IMG/VR virus record: IMGVR_UViG_3300031087_000010
Span: 1-16,368 of that record
DNA from: a virus
DNA: 16,368 nucleotides
Direction: 5' to 3' (one strand)
The first letter of the stretch is position 1. Every line of letters starts with the position of its first letter. Below are positions 6,139 through 14,740 of the stretch, piece after piece. The position numbers were made by a program, and so were the translations under genes. The notes beneath the pieces are model-generated. The model did not search any database, was not told the origin of the DNA, and was given only the letters and a program-made list of their open reading frames with translations.

Positions 6139-8012
6139 ATCGTCGCCAGCTTCGGGCTGCCCTGAGACACGAGCGCCTTGTTGATCGTGCGGACGAGCTG
6201 CTTGCCCAGCTCCACGCCGTCCGTTGTCGCGTCGGCCTTGACCGTGATGTTCACTACCGTCCCGGCCGTGCGCAGGCTGCTACCGGACAGGCTGCCCAGG
6301 CTCGCCGACGTGCTCGCAAGTGAGGCTGTGCCGGTGAGTGACTGCGTACCGGCGAGGGGCTGCGCCGTGAATGACTGGACACCCATCAGGGGGGCCGCCA
6401 TGAGCGGGGCGAGGGAACCGCCGTCAGCGTTGCCCACGACGCCGCTGCCGCCGCCGCCCTTGCCCTGCACCGCTTGGAACGCTTTCAGGACGGCGATCGC
6501 GGTATTGATCCAGCCGATTGTTTCCTTGATCTGCGCGGTGATCCCGATCATCGCGTTCACGCCCACGTTTTGCAGGATCTTGAACGCGCCCTCGACGCCG
6601 CCGATCGGGGCGAGCATCTTATCGAGCCAGGCGATCACGTCGTCGATCTTGTCTTGAATGATCTTGAACGCTACCTGCGCCGTGGCTGCGGTGTTGTCCA
6701 CTGCCTCACGGAACCAGCCGACATTCTCGTACGCCCAGATCAGGCCCGCAGCGATCAGCCCGAGGGCGATAATCACGATGCCGATCGGGTTCGCTGCCAT
6801 GGCAATATTCCAGAGCCACTGAGCGACGGTCACAGCCGCGATCAGCCCGGCCATAGGCCCGAGATAGTCCGAGTACTGGATCGCCCAGTCGAGGACGGGC
6901 TGCAGGTAGGGGATCGCCTGCGCCGCGAACGTCTGCAGTTGCCCCTGCGCCTCGCGGCTGAACTTCTCGATCGCCACGCCCGGCCCCTCGCCGACGGTCC
7001 TGCCGAGTTCGTCGGCCTTGCCTGCCAGGGAATCGAACGAGTCGCCCATCGGGTCGATAGCGTTCAGGAAGTCGGGGATCTTGGCGGTGCCGAGATCTTC
7101 CAGGGGTGTCCCGAACAGGGCGAGGGCGGCCGTTGCGCGGGCCTGCGGGTCCTCGATGTTTGACAGGCCGGTGACGATTTTCCCGAACGCTACCTCGGCG
7201 TCGTCGCCGCCCGCGAGGATCTTCTGCGCCATTTCGTCGGAATTGACGCCGATCGCCTTGTAGGCATCGACGGTGGTTTTGCTGCCGTCGGTCGCCCGGA
7301 TCGTGAACTCTTTGAGCGCATCGCCCATCTTGTCCATGCCGATCGCGCCGTCTTTGGAGGCGTTGACGATGATCCCGAAAGCGGTTGAACCGTCGATGCC
7401 GAGATCCGCGAAATGCTTGCTGTACTCGTCCATGACGGGCAGCAGCTCGGCCTGCATCGCCTTGGGCATCTTCTGCATGGAACCGACGAGCAGATCGAAC
7501 GCCTCGTCGCCGTCCTTGGCGAGGCCGGTTTTCATCAGGATCCCGGCCGTGTTCACCGCTGCGGGCACGTCGAGTTCAAACGTGCTGGCCAGATCCATCG
7601 CCTTCCGGGTGAGCCGTTCCACGTCGGCCCCGCCGTTATCGGACATCTTCGCCAGGGACGAGGCGACGGCCGACACCGCGCCCTCAACCTCGGCCAGTGA
7701 CTCGCCGTAGGCATCCCGGTAGAGCTTGCCCGATACCTCGCCCGCTTTCTTGGCGTCCTCCCCTGTCAGGCCGAGCTGCCCTGCGAGTTTGCGGCTGCCC
7801 TTGTCCGCCTCGATCGCGTCGACGAAACCCTTGGTCAGGGCAGCGCCTGCGCCCACCCCGGCGAGCTTGCCCGCGAGTTCCATGCCGGAATTGATCTTGG
7901 ACATTTTCGAGCCGTATTTCTCGGCCGCGCCCTCGGCGTCTTTGTAGGCTTTCTCTGCTCCCTTGGCATCGCCGATAATGCGCACTGACAGGATCGCGGA
8001 TTTACCGGCCAT
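6135..8012 (-). CDS. Tail tape measure protein, 625 aa
   Basis: Longest tail gene, directly after the chaperone pair. Ala/Gly-rich helical sequence with an internal hydrophobic block (GLIAAVTVAQWLWNIAMAANPIGIVIIALGLIAAGLIWAY). ATG 8012-8010 is preceded by AGGGG. Confidence 0.9.
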   Translation of the reverse strand: MAGKSAILSVRIIGDAKGAEKAYKDAEGAAEKYGSKMSKINSGMELAGKLAGVGAGAALTKGFVDAIEADKGSRKLAGQLGLTGEDAKKAGEVSGKLYRDAYGESLAEVEGAVSAVASSLAKMSDNGGADVERLTRKAMDLASTFELDVPAAVNTAGILMKTGLAKDGDEAFDLLVGSMQKMPKAMQAELLPVMDEYSKHFADLGIDGSTAFGIIVNASKDGAIGMDKMGDALKEFTIRATDGSKTTVDAYKAIGVNSDEMAQKILAGGDDAEVAFGKIVTGLSNIEDPQARATAALALFGTPLEDLGTAKIPDFLNAIDPMGDSFDSLAGKADELGRTVGEGPGVAIEKFSREAQGQLQTFAAQAIPYLQPVLDWAIQYSDYLGPMAGLIAAVTVAQWLWNIAMAANPIGIVIIALGLIAAGLIWAYENVGWFREAVDNTAATAQVAFKIIQDKIDDVIAWLDKMLAPIGGVEGAFKILQNVGVNAMIGITAQIKETIGWINTAIAVLKAFQAVQGKGGGGSGVVGNADGGSLAPLMAAPLMGVQSFTAQPLAGTQSLTGTASLASTSASLGSLSGSSLRTAGTVVNITVKADATTDGVELGKQLVRTINKALVSQGSPKLATI

Positions 8013-8453
8013 GCTTGCCCCTGCTCTCTGCTTGTTCTTCGAGGATTGAAATTGCCGTGAGTATGTTCTCGGGCGACTCGTCCGCCCAGGCCGAGGGCAT
8101 CGTGTTTGTTGCCAGGGCCAGGGCGACGAGCAGGGAACTTACAGAGTCGGCGGGGTGTCTAAACCCAGGCCGAGTACCTCATCCTCGTGCTGCTCGTCCT
8201 CGTCGGCGGGGATGACCATCAGCGCCCCGGTGTTCGGGTCGGTGAACTCTTCCCAGGTCTGATCGATCAGGCCCGCCCGCTTGGCAGCGGACCAGCCGCG
8301 AAAGCTCTGCAGCTTCATCGTGTTTTCGGAGATCGTGCCGAGCCTCGGGTTGGCTTTGAGCATCTTCTCGAAAGCGAACGTATCGAACAGGTTCGGGGTG
8401 ACGGTGATCTCGGAACCGTCGGCCTGCGTAATGGTGAGCTTGGGAATTGCCAT
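8002..8453 (-). CDS. Tail assembly chaperone -1 frameshift product (GT-like), about 150 aa
   Basis: After a slip at G_GGT_TTA (8166-8160), the -1 frame stays open for 52 codons (RHPADSVSSLLVALALATNTMPSAWADESPENILTAISILEEQAESRGKHGR). It stops at TAA 8004-8002, 8 nt inside the tape measure gene, and so fills the otherwise empty 126-bp gap. Confidence 0.7.
8139..8453 (-). CDS. Tail assembly chaperone (G-like, zero-frame product), 104 aa
   Basis: Lies immediately upstream of the tape measure. Acidic C-terminus (PADEDEQHEDEVLGLGLD) and a slippery heptamer near the 3' end. Confidence 0.8.
   Translation of the reverse strand: MAIPKLTITQADGSEITVTPNLFDTFAFEKMLKANPRLGTISENTMKLQSFRGWSAAKRAGLIDQTWEEFTDPNTGALMVIPADEDEQHEDEVLGLGLDTPPTL
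8160..8166 (-). other. Programmed -1 ribosomal frameshift slippery heptamer G_GGT_TTA
   Basis: Minus strand reads CTG GGT TTA GAC in the zero frame, i.e. X_XXY_YYZ phased correctly, 6 codons before the zero-frame stop. Confidence 0.65.
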
Positions 8454-8457
8454 GGTC

Positions 8458-8874
8458 TTAGATGCCTTTGACTAGTTGGATTGAATCATCGAGAGCCCGC
8501 TCGTAGACGGGCAGCCAGCGCCCCTCACTGGACCGGGCACCCTCGGAAATAAACAGGGCACCCCGGACCACTGAGCGGGTACGGCGGGGGTGGGTTTTGT
8601 TCGGCCAGTACCGCCTGCCCCAATGGATCGCGGCCGCGTACGGGGCGGCCTTGTTCCCGGCCCGGACGATGCCAGCGGTTTTCGTGCCAGCGCCCCGGAT
8701 CGTTCGGGACAGGCGGCCGGTGACGCGGGGGGCGAGGTCGGCCGAGGCGCGGGCCGCGATGTTCGCGGCCGCCTTGTGCGAGTCTTTGAGATCCGCCAGG
8801 GAATGCCCGGCCGCCGTCAGCGTCTTGCGGAGCTGCTTGACGCCCTCAACCTTGATCCCCGCGTCTTGTGCCAC
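8458..8874 (-). CDS. HK97 gp10-like neck/tail-completion protein, 138 aa
   Basis: GTG start 8874-8872. The pattern ..LAPRVTGRLSRTIRGAG...AGIVRAGNKAAPYAAAIHWG matches the remembered gp10-family pattern (P..TG.L..SI....YA..vE.G). Confidence 0.7.
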   Translation of the reverse strand: MAQDAGIKVEGVKQLRKTLTAAGHSLADLKDSHKAAANIAARASADLAPRVTGRLSRTIRGAGTKTAGIVRAGNKAAPYAAAIHWGRRYWPNKTHPRRTRSVVRGALFISEGARSSEGRWLPVYERALDDSIQLVKGI

Positions 8875-8877
8875 GGT

Positions 8878-9291
8878 CTAGGCGATCAGGCCGAGGTTGT
8901 AATCCCCGACGATCGGGAACGTGAACTCGGACTCGTTGCGGGTCTTGACATCGCCGCCGATCCGCAGCCTGCGGACCTTGACAATGCCGGTGACCTGCAG
9001 CGCCCCGTCGTTGTTCGGAATGAATGTAAACGGCAGTTCCTCGCCCCGGTGTTCGTGGCTCCACAGGATCAGGGACTGCGCATCGTAGGACTGCAGGACG
9101 GTCCCGGTCAGCTCGGCCGTGTCGGTGTCGTCCCCGCCGATCTCCTCGCCGGACAGGACCGGGATCGAGTCCTCGGTATCGGTGGATGGTTCCACGCTGC
9201 AGGCCCTGAGCTGTGAGGCCCACTGCTCGGCGCTGCCGGTCGCGCCGATCGAGAGTGTGCCGGGGCCGAGCTTGTCTGATTTGACGGGCAT
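8878..9291 (-). CDS. Major tail (tube) protein candidate, 137 aa
   Basis: ATG overlaps the upstream TAA by 1 nt. Assigned by size and position in the tail module, and because it is the only unassigned structural ORF that could be the tube. No diagnostic motif. Confidence 0.6.
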   Translation of the reverse strand: MPVKSDKLGPGTLSIGATGSAEQWASQLRACSVEPSTDTEDSIPVLSGEEIGGDDTDTAELTGTVLQSYDAQSLILWSHEHRGEELPFTFIPNNDGALQVTGIVKVRRLRIGGDVKTRNESEFTFPIVGDYNLGLIA

Positions 9292-9638
9292 TAGGTCGCC
9301 TCTACTTTCACGCTAAGGGGGATCTTGAACGCGGGCAGGATGCCCGAGCTTGTCTGTACGCCCTCGTCGAGCTGGATCTCGCCGTCGGGGGTTACTGCTT
9401 TGAGGGCCTGCTGCAGCAGGCCCTGCAGGGTTTCGATCGCCGCCATGTAGCCCAGATCCGGGGATATGAGATAGATGCTCAGATCCAGGCGGCCGCCGCC
9501 GTCGAGCGTTTCCTGCTCGATCGTGTCGGCCGCGATCCAGGCGCAGGGCGGGATCAGTTTGTCGGTGTCGGTGTCTGCGGTGAGGCCCGCGCCCTGCAGA
9601 GCGTCGGTGACGCTCTGCAGGGCCTCGGTGATCCTCAC
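9291..9638 (-). CDS. Head-tail joining protein, tail-terminator-like, 115 aa
   Basis: GTGA overlap with the adaptor gene (9635-9638). Position between adaptor and tube; function is from synteny only. Confidence 0.6.
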   Translation of the reverse strand: MRITEALQSVTDALQGAGLTADTDTDKLIPPCAWIAADTIEQETLDGGGRLDLSIYLISPDLGYMAAIETLQGLLQQALKAVTPDGEIQLDEGVQTSSGILPAFKIPLSVKVEAT

Positions 9639-9982
9639 CCGATCTCGGGCGGTGAGAACCGCCCGATCCGCAGGAGCTGCTCGATCAGGACATCGGTAAC
9701 ACGCCGGAACGCCGAGTCGGGGATCTGCCCGCCCAGGCCGTTATCGGTGATGCCCGGTTTGTTCTGATCCCGGTACAGCCCGGCCGCGAGCCGGGCCGCG
9801 CCGAGGCGCTTGTCGTCCGGCCACTCGACGGGCAGCCCGGCCCCGTCTACCGGGTCCGTGTGGTACCGGCGTATGTAGGCGTTGGTCGCCTTGACGAGTG
9901 ACTGCAGCCGCACGTCGTTCTCGGGGATGTTCGGCATCCCGAGTTCGAGCTTGACCGCTGCGGCCGTGGTGGGATCGGCCAT
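9635..9982 (-). CDS. Head-to-tail adaptor (gp6-like connector), 115 aa
   Basis: First gene after the capsid gene. The N-terminus AAVKLELGMPNIPENDVRLQSLVKATNAYIRRY is typical of gp6-like connectors. Confidence 0.7.
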   Translation of the reverse strand: MADPTTAAAVKLELGMPNIPENDVRLQSLVKATNAYIRRYHTDPVDGAGLPVEWPDDKRLGAARLAAGLYRDQNKPGITDNGLGGQIPDSAFRRVTDVLIEQLLRIGRFSPPEIG

Positions 9983-9984
9983 GG

Positions 9985-11607
9985 TTAGACGGCCGGGGTA
10001 ACGGTGCGCTTGACGATCGCTCGGGGGTCGTTCACGACGAGGCCGCCGTAACTGAAGAAACCGAGATCCACGCCGCCGCGTGCGATGTCCTGCGCCTGCA
10101 GCTTGATCGGGGTTTTCTCGTGAACGTCGGCCGCCCGCTTGTCGAAACCGACAACCTGCCCGAGGTCGAGCTGCCCGTCGGCCTCGATCCGCAGATCCGC
10201 GACGGTGGCCTCGGCGTTGGCCAGTGAGATCCCGGTCGCGTTGGCGAGCCAGAACGGAACCTCGGACTGCTTGAGGTTGCCGTAATCCTCGAACACGTCC
10301 TCGGCCAGGAAGATCTGCGAAACGGTCGCGCCTACCTGCCGCAGGTCGGTCGCGATCGAGGCGATCGCTGCCAGGGCCGTGGGGCTTGCGCCCTTGTCCG
10401 TGGCTGCTGTCAGGAGCTGCGTGGCGATGTCCTCGTTCGAGGCGATGTCATACTCGGCCGCCGCTGCGGTCCAGAACGAGATCAGGAAATCGGCGTTCCC
10501 CAGGTCGATGAAAATACGGTCGATGTCCCAGCCACCGGCCCAGCGCCCGGCCGTGCCAGTGATCGGCTTGGTTTTGGGCTTATTGCTCGGCACGTCGGTT
10601 TTGTTGCCCGAGTACTTGGCTACCTTCGGGCGCACGTCCCAGGCCCAGCCGCGCAGCTCCATCGAGGTCAGCGGCTTGACCGGGCCGAGGGCCTCGATCC
10701 AGGGGCGGCCGGTGTTCGCGGCCTGCCATACCTCGCCCATCCATCCCTCGCGCAGGCCCCAGCCCTCGCCGAGGTCGTCGGCGGGCAGCACGTCCTGCAG
10801 GGCGAGCCGGATCTGCGTCGGGTCCTGCGTCGCGACGGCGGCCGAGACTTTGCGGGCCACGCTCAGCAGCGACTGCGGGCGGGGCTTGGTGGTCACGCTG
10901 CCTGCCTGCGGGAAACCATCGGCCTGCAGGCGCTGCTCGGGGGCCGGTGCCTGCTGCCCCTCGGGGGCGGCCGGGGCGAGCGGTGCCTGCTGCTGCCCGC
11001 CGAGGGCCTGCTGCCCGAGCGGGGACTCGGGGGCGGCCTGCCCGCTGGCACCGGGGGCGGTGCCGAGGGTGGCGATCTGCGCGTCGGTGAGGCCCGCTGC
11101 CTTGAGTGCTGCGATCTGTTCGGGGGTCATTGTGGCTGCTTTCTTTCGGGCCGCAGACAGTGCTACGGACTCAACTTGTGCATCTTGGAAATCGGGAACG
11201 GCGACGAGCGATGTCTCGAACCATTCGGCCGCGTGAACGATGAGATTGAACTCGTCGTCGAACTCGTATTTGTTGGCGATAAAACCGACGCTGAAACCAT
11301 CGCGCAGGCCCTGCTCGGCATCGTCGAGGGCCTTGTCGCCGTCCGCGCCGTCCGCGACTTTGTACGTCGCCTTGATCGACTCGGGGCCGGGGGTGTACTC
11401 GGTCATGTAGCCGACGGGCTGCCCGAGGTCGTGATCGCGGAGCAGCTTCACACGCTTGATCGGTTGGCGGGGGGTGAGGCTGCCGGGCATGAGCTTGACG
11501 CCCTGAGAGCTGCTGTGCTTGTTGAAAACAGTTACGGTCCCGGTGATCGTCCGGCCCGCGCGATCTACCGCGCACGCGCCCGAGATCGAGAGCTTGATCG
11601 GGTCCAT
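9985..11607 (-). CDS. Prohead (HK97-type S78) protease fused to major capsid protein, 540 aa
   Basis: N-terminal ~160 aa carry LLRDHD (His), DGFSVGF (Ser) and ETSLVAVPDF, as in HK97-family prohead proteases. An Ala/Pro/Gln-rich linker follows (APGASGQAAPESPLGQQALGGQQQAPLAPAAPEGQQAPAPEQ), then a ~300-aa C-terminal domain in the capsid position. No separate capsid or scaffold gene is present. Confidence 0.85.
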   Translation of the reverse strand: MDPIKLSISGACAVDRAGRTITGTVTVFNKHSSSQGVKLMPGSLTPRQPIKRVKLLRDHDLGQPVGYMTEYTPGPESIKATYKVADGADGDKALDDAEQGLRDGFSVGFIANKYEFDDEFNLIVHAAEWFETSLVAVPDFQDAQVESVALSAARKKAATMTPEQIAALKAAGLTDAQIATLGTAPGASGQAAPESPLGQQALGGQQQAPLAPAAPEGQQAPAPEQRLQADGFPQAGSVTTKPRPQSLLSVARKVSAAVATQDPTQIRLALQDVLPADDLGEGWGLREGWMGEVWQAANTGRPWIEALGPVKPLTSMELRGWAWDVRPKVAKYSGNKTDVPSNKPKTKPITGTAGRWAGGWDIDRIFIDLGNADFLISFWTAAAAEYDIASNEDIATQLLTAATDKGASPTALAAIASIATDLRQVGATVSQIFLAEDVFEDYGNLKQSEVPFWLANATGISLANAEATVADLRIEADGQLDLGQVVGFDKRAADVHEKTPIKLQAQDIARGGVDLGFFSYGGLVVNDPRAIVKRTVTPAV

Positions 11608-12710
11608 TATTTTTTGCCCTCGGCTTTCTTGATGTCCTCGGTGGTCATGAGTTCCAGCTCTTTGGCGAGCTTGTAGTTTCCGTACCGGGTGGCGGTGTCC
11701 TCTCGGGTCAGTACGTCGGTGTCAAACCGGCGATAGCGGCCGTGAGCGCAGAGATCATCCATGCTCAGGCGGTCCTCAAACGCGGTCATGTAGGGGGCCA
11801 GGAAGTTATCGATCAGCGCCGCCTCGCGGCTTGCCTTGTTCGAGTAGCTCAGGGACGTGCCCTCGGCTGCGGCCGCCGCGATCTCGGGGTTCGAGGCTGC
11901 GCCCATATGCCGCAGCAGTTCCAGGGTGATCGCCTTGCGGCCGTCGATCATGAGCTGCTCGGCGGCCTGCCCGAGGCTCGTTACCTTGACCTGCTTCGAG
12001 CTGTACCCGACGCCGTGAACCTCGCGGGCCTTGATCCAGCGGTTGAGCAGAGCGTCGATCTCGTCCTTGTTCAGATCCTCGCCCTCGTTGTGGATATCCA
12101 GCGAGGGAACCGGGTTGTTCTCAGCTTTCGCGGCTGCCCGGTTGAGCCGGATCGCCCGCCTGATCGTGTCGGCCCCGCGCAGCAGCAGGCCCTCGTGAGG
12201 CCCGTCGATCCTGATCGAGTCTTTCGCGGGCACGTCCTCGCCGAACGCCTTGACCATCTGCCCGGCGTCGTTGGTTTCGGCCTGATCCTCGGGCACGAGC
12301 CGGAACCGTGAGGGCCTGCCCTCGTTGTCGCGGTCCATTACCTGCCAGAACGCCCGGCCGTGAAAGAACATGTTGTCGATCGTCCACAGGACAGTCTGTG
12401 AGCGGGTCCGCCCTGCCTCGGGCTGCACAAGGGAACGGGGCTGAGTCGGGACGGGCAGCCCGTTCGTGCCGTACTCGACGAGGGGGCAGCGGGAGATCCG
12501 GCCCACGAGGACATCGCGCCCGGCCGCTACCGTGGCGATCCCGATCGCCGCGTTCCGGCCGACAGCACCGGACACCCCGACGCCGTAGAGCATGTCGAAC
12601 GTCACGGTTTCCAGGTGCGAGCCGTCGGACCAGGGCGAGAGCAGGACATTCTGCGCAGCGGACAGGCCCCGAGGCATGAAAGCTTGGGAAATACGTTCGA
12701 GTAGTTTCAC
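11607..12710 (-). CDS. Portal protein (HK97-family-like), 367 aa
   Basis: Lies between the terminase region and the protease/capsid gene. GTG start 12710-12708; its stop overlaps the next ATG by 1 nt. Confidence 0.85.
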   Translation of the reverse strand: MKLLERISQAFMPRGLSAAQNVLLSPWSDGSHLETVTFDMLYGVGVSGAVGRNAAIGIATVAAGRDVLVGRISRCPLVEYGTNGLPVPTQPRSLVQPEAGRTRSQTVLWTIDNMFFHGRAFWQVMDRDNEGRPSRFRLVPEDQAETNDAGQMVKAFGEDVPAKDSIRIDGPHEGLLLRGADTIRRAIRLNRAAAKAENNPVPSLDIHNEGEDLNKDEIDALLNRWIKAREVHGVGYSSKQVKVTSLGQAAEQLMIDGRKAITLELLRHMGAASNPEIAAAAAEGTSLSYSNKASREAALIDNFLAPYMTAFEDRLSMDDLCAHGRYRRFDTDVLTREDTATRYGNYKLAKELELMTTEDIKKAEGKK

Positions 12711-12760
12711 GGTTGTAACTCTGCGGGCACCGTATAACGCACGAAAGCCAGAGACGCGAA

Positions 12761-12807
12761 AAGGCCCCGCCTGATCTTCCGGGGGGGGAAAGATCAGGCG
12801 GGGCCTT
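12761..12807 (-). terminator. Strong hairpin: perfect 18-bp stem, 11-nt C/G homopolymer loop, short U-tract on the minus strand
   Basis: AAGGCCCCGCCTGATCTT (12761-12778) pairs with AAGATCAGGCGGGGCCTT (12790-12807). The minus-strand RNA ends ..GGCGGGGCCUUUUCG. It sits in the 111-bp gap between the 79-aa ORF and the portal gene. Confidence 0.65.
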
Positions 12808-12821
12808 CGCTAGCTGCTCGG

Positions 12822-13061
12822 CTATGTACTCACGTACGGAGAGAGTTTAGCAGCTTCTTTCTTGAGGTTGTCCTGCAGCTCGCGCATCCTTGCCATGCCG
12901 TAGGCGAGTGTCGCCTGCTTTTCCCCGTCGTGCGCCGCCCGCTCGTGATCGGCTGCGGCCGCCCAGGCGGGCACCCTGCCCACCCTCACGGCCCGATATG
13001 ACGGGCACTTGTCGCAAACGATCACCACTGATTCAGACGTGAAATCCAGTTTTATTGCCAT
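12822..13061 (-). CDS. Hypothetical protein, 79 aa, with CxxC...HxxxxH cluster
   Basis: ATG preceded by GGGGAG at 9-nt spacing. Sequence MAIKLDFTSESVVIVCDKCPSYRAV...ADHERAAHDGE. Confidence 0.7.
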   Translation of the reverse strand: MAIKLDFTSESVVIVCDKCPSYRAVRVGRVPAWAAAADHERAAHDGEKQATLAYGMARMRELQDNLKKEAAKLSPYVST

Positions 13062-13103
13062 GTTGAGCAGCTCCCCAGCTTTGTTGCTTTTTAGTGATAA
13101 GGC

Positions 13104-14543
13104 TCACCAATCGATCATTGGCTTGCCCAGTGATTCCTCTCGATGGTCATACGCCCACAGCCCGACGGCCGAGGCGATGATCGAGGGGATCGGCGCGGTG
13201 CTGTGTTCCCGAGAGAACGTCACACCGCCCGACATCTTGCGCAGCACCGCGTTAGCGACGGCGGCCGCGAGGCTGCGGCTGCCGTCCCAGCGGAGCGTCT
13301 TGTCGTCGCGTGCCCAGGTCAGCCACGCATCGCAAGCAGTGCCGTGATCCCGAGCGCCGACGGTGAAAACCTCGACGGGCTTGTGATCCTTGCTCGTGGG
13401 GTTCCGCAGCTCGTCGGTGACGCGCCGGGTCGCCCCGCCGTCGTCGGCCCCGATTACAGCCGGTTTCCACTCGCGGTCAATCATGCGGATAAACGGGACC
13501 ACCCACGCCGTTCCCGGTGCCGCGTGAACAACGGCCGTGCAGGGCATCCCGGTATCGTCGCGCCAATTCGCCATGACAGCGGCGCAGGTGTTGTTCCAGC
13601 CGATCTCGTAACTGATCGCCACTTTCGAGCGCAGCGGCGCGTCCTCGGGGCCGATCGTGGCGAGCTGCCGGAAATCATCGGTACCGATCAGCGGGTCGGC
13701 CGCCTCGGTCAGCCGGTTCATGTAGGCACGCATCCACTCGCCGGGATTATCGAGGTAGTTGTGTGCCTCGATCGCCATTGATTCCTGCGTGATCGTGATC
13801 CCGTAGGCCGGGTGGAACGAGGCCCAGGTGTCCGGGTCGTACGGGTCCGCGCCCTCGGGCATTGACCACTCGAAATAGGCGATGCCCGGCTCCCCGGCCC
13901 GGCCCCGCTTGACAAGCTTGTTCATGAATACCGATTGCGCCGTGCCCATTGTGGACACGAGCCAGATCTGCCGGTTGTGGATCGTGATCTGCGCCGGGCC
14001 GATCGCGCCCATCAGCTCATTGCCGCGCAGCTCGTCATGCTTCCAGATCTCGTCGAGGGTGACGATCAGCGGGGTTTCGCCGTGCAGCGCCGAGGGGCCG
14101 GGCGCGAAAATGTTCAAGCTCGAACGGTTCGGCAGGGACATCGACTCGGAACCGGCCGCGTACCGCAGGGCGAACAGTTCCTCGATCGGTGACTCTTGAA
14201 CGAGGGCCACGAGATCCGCGAACCGGGCGCGGGCATCCTTGCCCGTTTGGGCGGTGTAGAACCCTTTGCAGCCGTGGTTCATCATCAGCCGGGTCAGGTT
14301 CACCGGGCCGACGAGAGTCGTCTTTCCGGACTGCCGGGGCACGGTCACGAGAACGATCGGGTACTTGTAGCGGCCGTCGGGGTAGTACTCGGTGGCGATG
14401 TCGGCGACGTGCCGCTGCCAGGGCATCAGCGGTTTGCCGAGGGCCGCCGCAACATGAGCGATGTCTGCGCCCTCGGACGGCAGGGACAGATCCCGCTCGG
14501 GGCTGTAGGCGGGCCTCGGCATCGCCGGGGCGATCACGCTCAC
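13104..14543 (-). CDS. terL: Terminase large subunit, 479 aa
   Basis: Walker A VPRQSGKTTL, Walker B LIVTLDEIW and an STMGT coupling-like motif, with a C-terminal nuclease-sized domain. Adjacent to the HNH and portal genes. Confidence 0.92.
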   Translation of the reverse strand: MSVIAPAMPRPAYSPERDLSLPSEGADIAHVAAALGKPLMPWQRHVADIATEYYPDGRYKYPIVLVTVPRQSGKTTLVGPVNLTRLMMNHGCKGFYTAQTGKDARARFADLVALVQESPIEELFALRYAAGSESMSLPNRSSLNIFAPGPSALHGETPLIVTLDEIWKHDELRGNELMGAIGPAQITIHNRQIWLVSTMGTAQSVFMNKLVKRGRAGEPGIAYFEWSMPEGADPYDPDTWASFHPAYGITITQESMAIEAHNYLDNPGEWMRAYMNRLTEAADPLIGTDDFRQLATIGPEDAPLRSKVAISYEIGWNNTCAAVMANWRDDTGMPCTAVVHAAPGTAWVVPFIRMIDREWKPAVIGADDGGATRRVTDELRNPTSKDHKPVEVFTVGARDHGTACDAWLTWARDDKTLRWDGSRSLAAAVANAVLRKMSGGVTFSREHSTAPIPSIIASAVGLWAYDHREESLGKPMIDW

Positions 14544-14740
14544 TAGTAGCCCTTAGTTGCCCGCAGCATCGCCCGGCCCCAGCTTGCCCAGCTCGTGACG
14601 AAACCCTCGGCCGAGACGGTGAGCCAGTGCGCCTCGGCAGGGTTGCAGTCGGTGTCCTCGCCGTCGCAGCGGAACACGAGGGCCTTTGAGGGCCGGGCTG
14701 CCTGCCCGCCCTCGGTCGTGAGTTGAAAACCGTTGTTCAT
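14543..14740 (-). CDS. Hypothetical protein, 65 aa
   Basis: ATGA overlap upstream (14737-14740) and a 1-nt overlap with the terL GTG downstream, so it is translationally coupled on both sides. Confidence 0.6.
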   Translation of the reverse strand: MNNGFQLTTEGGQAARPSKALVFRCDGEDTDCNPAEAHWLTVSAEGFVTSWASWGRAMLRATKGY

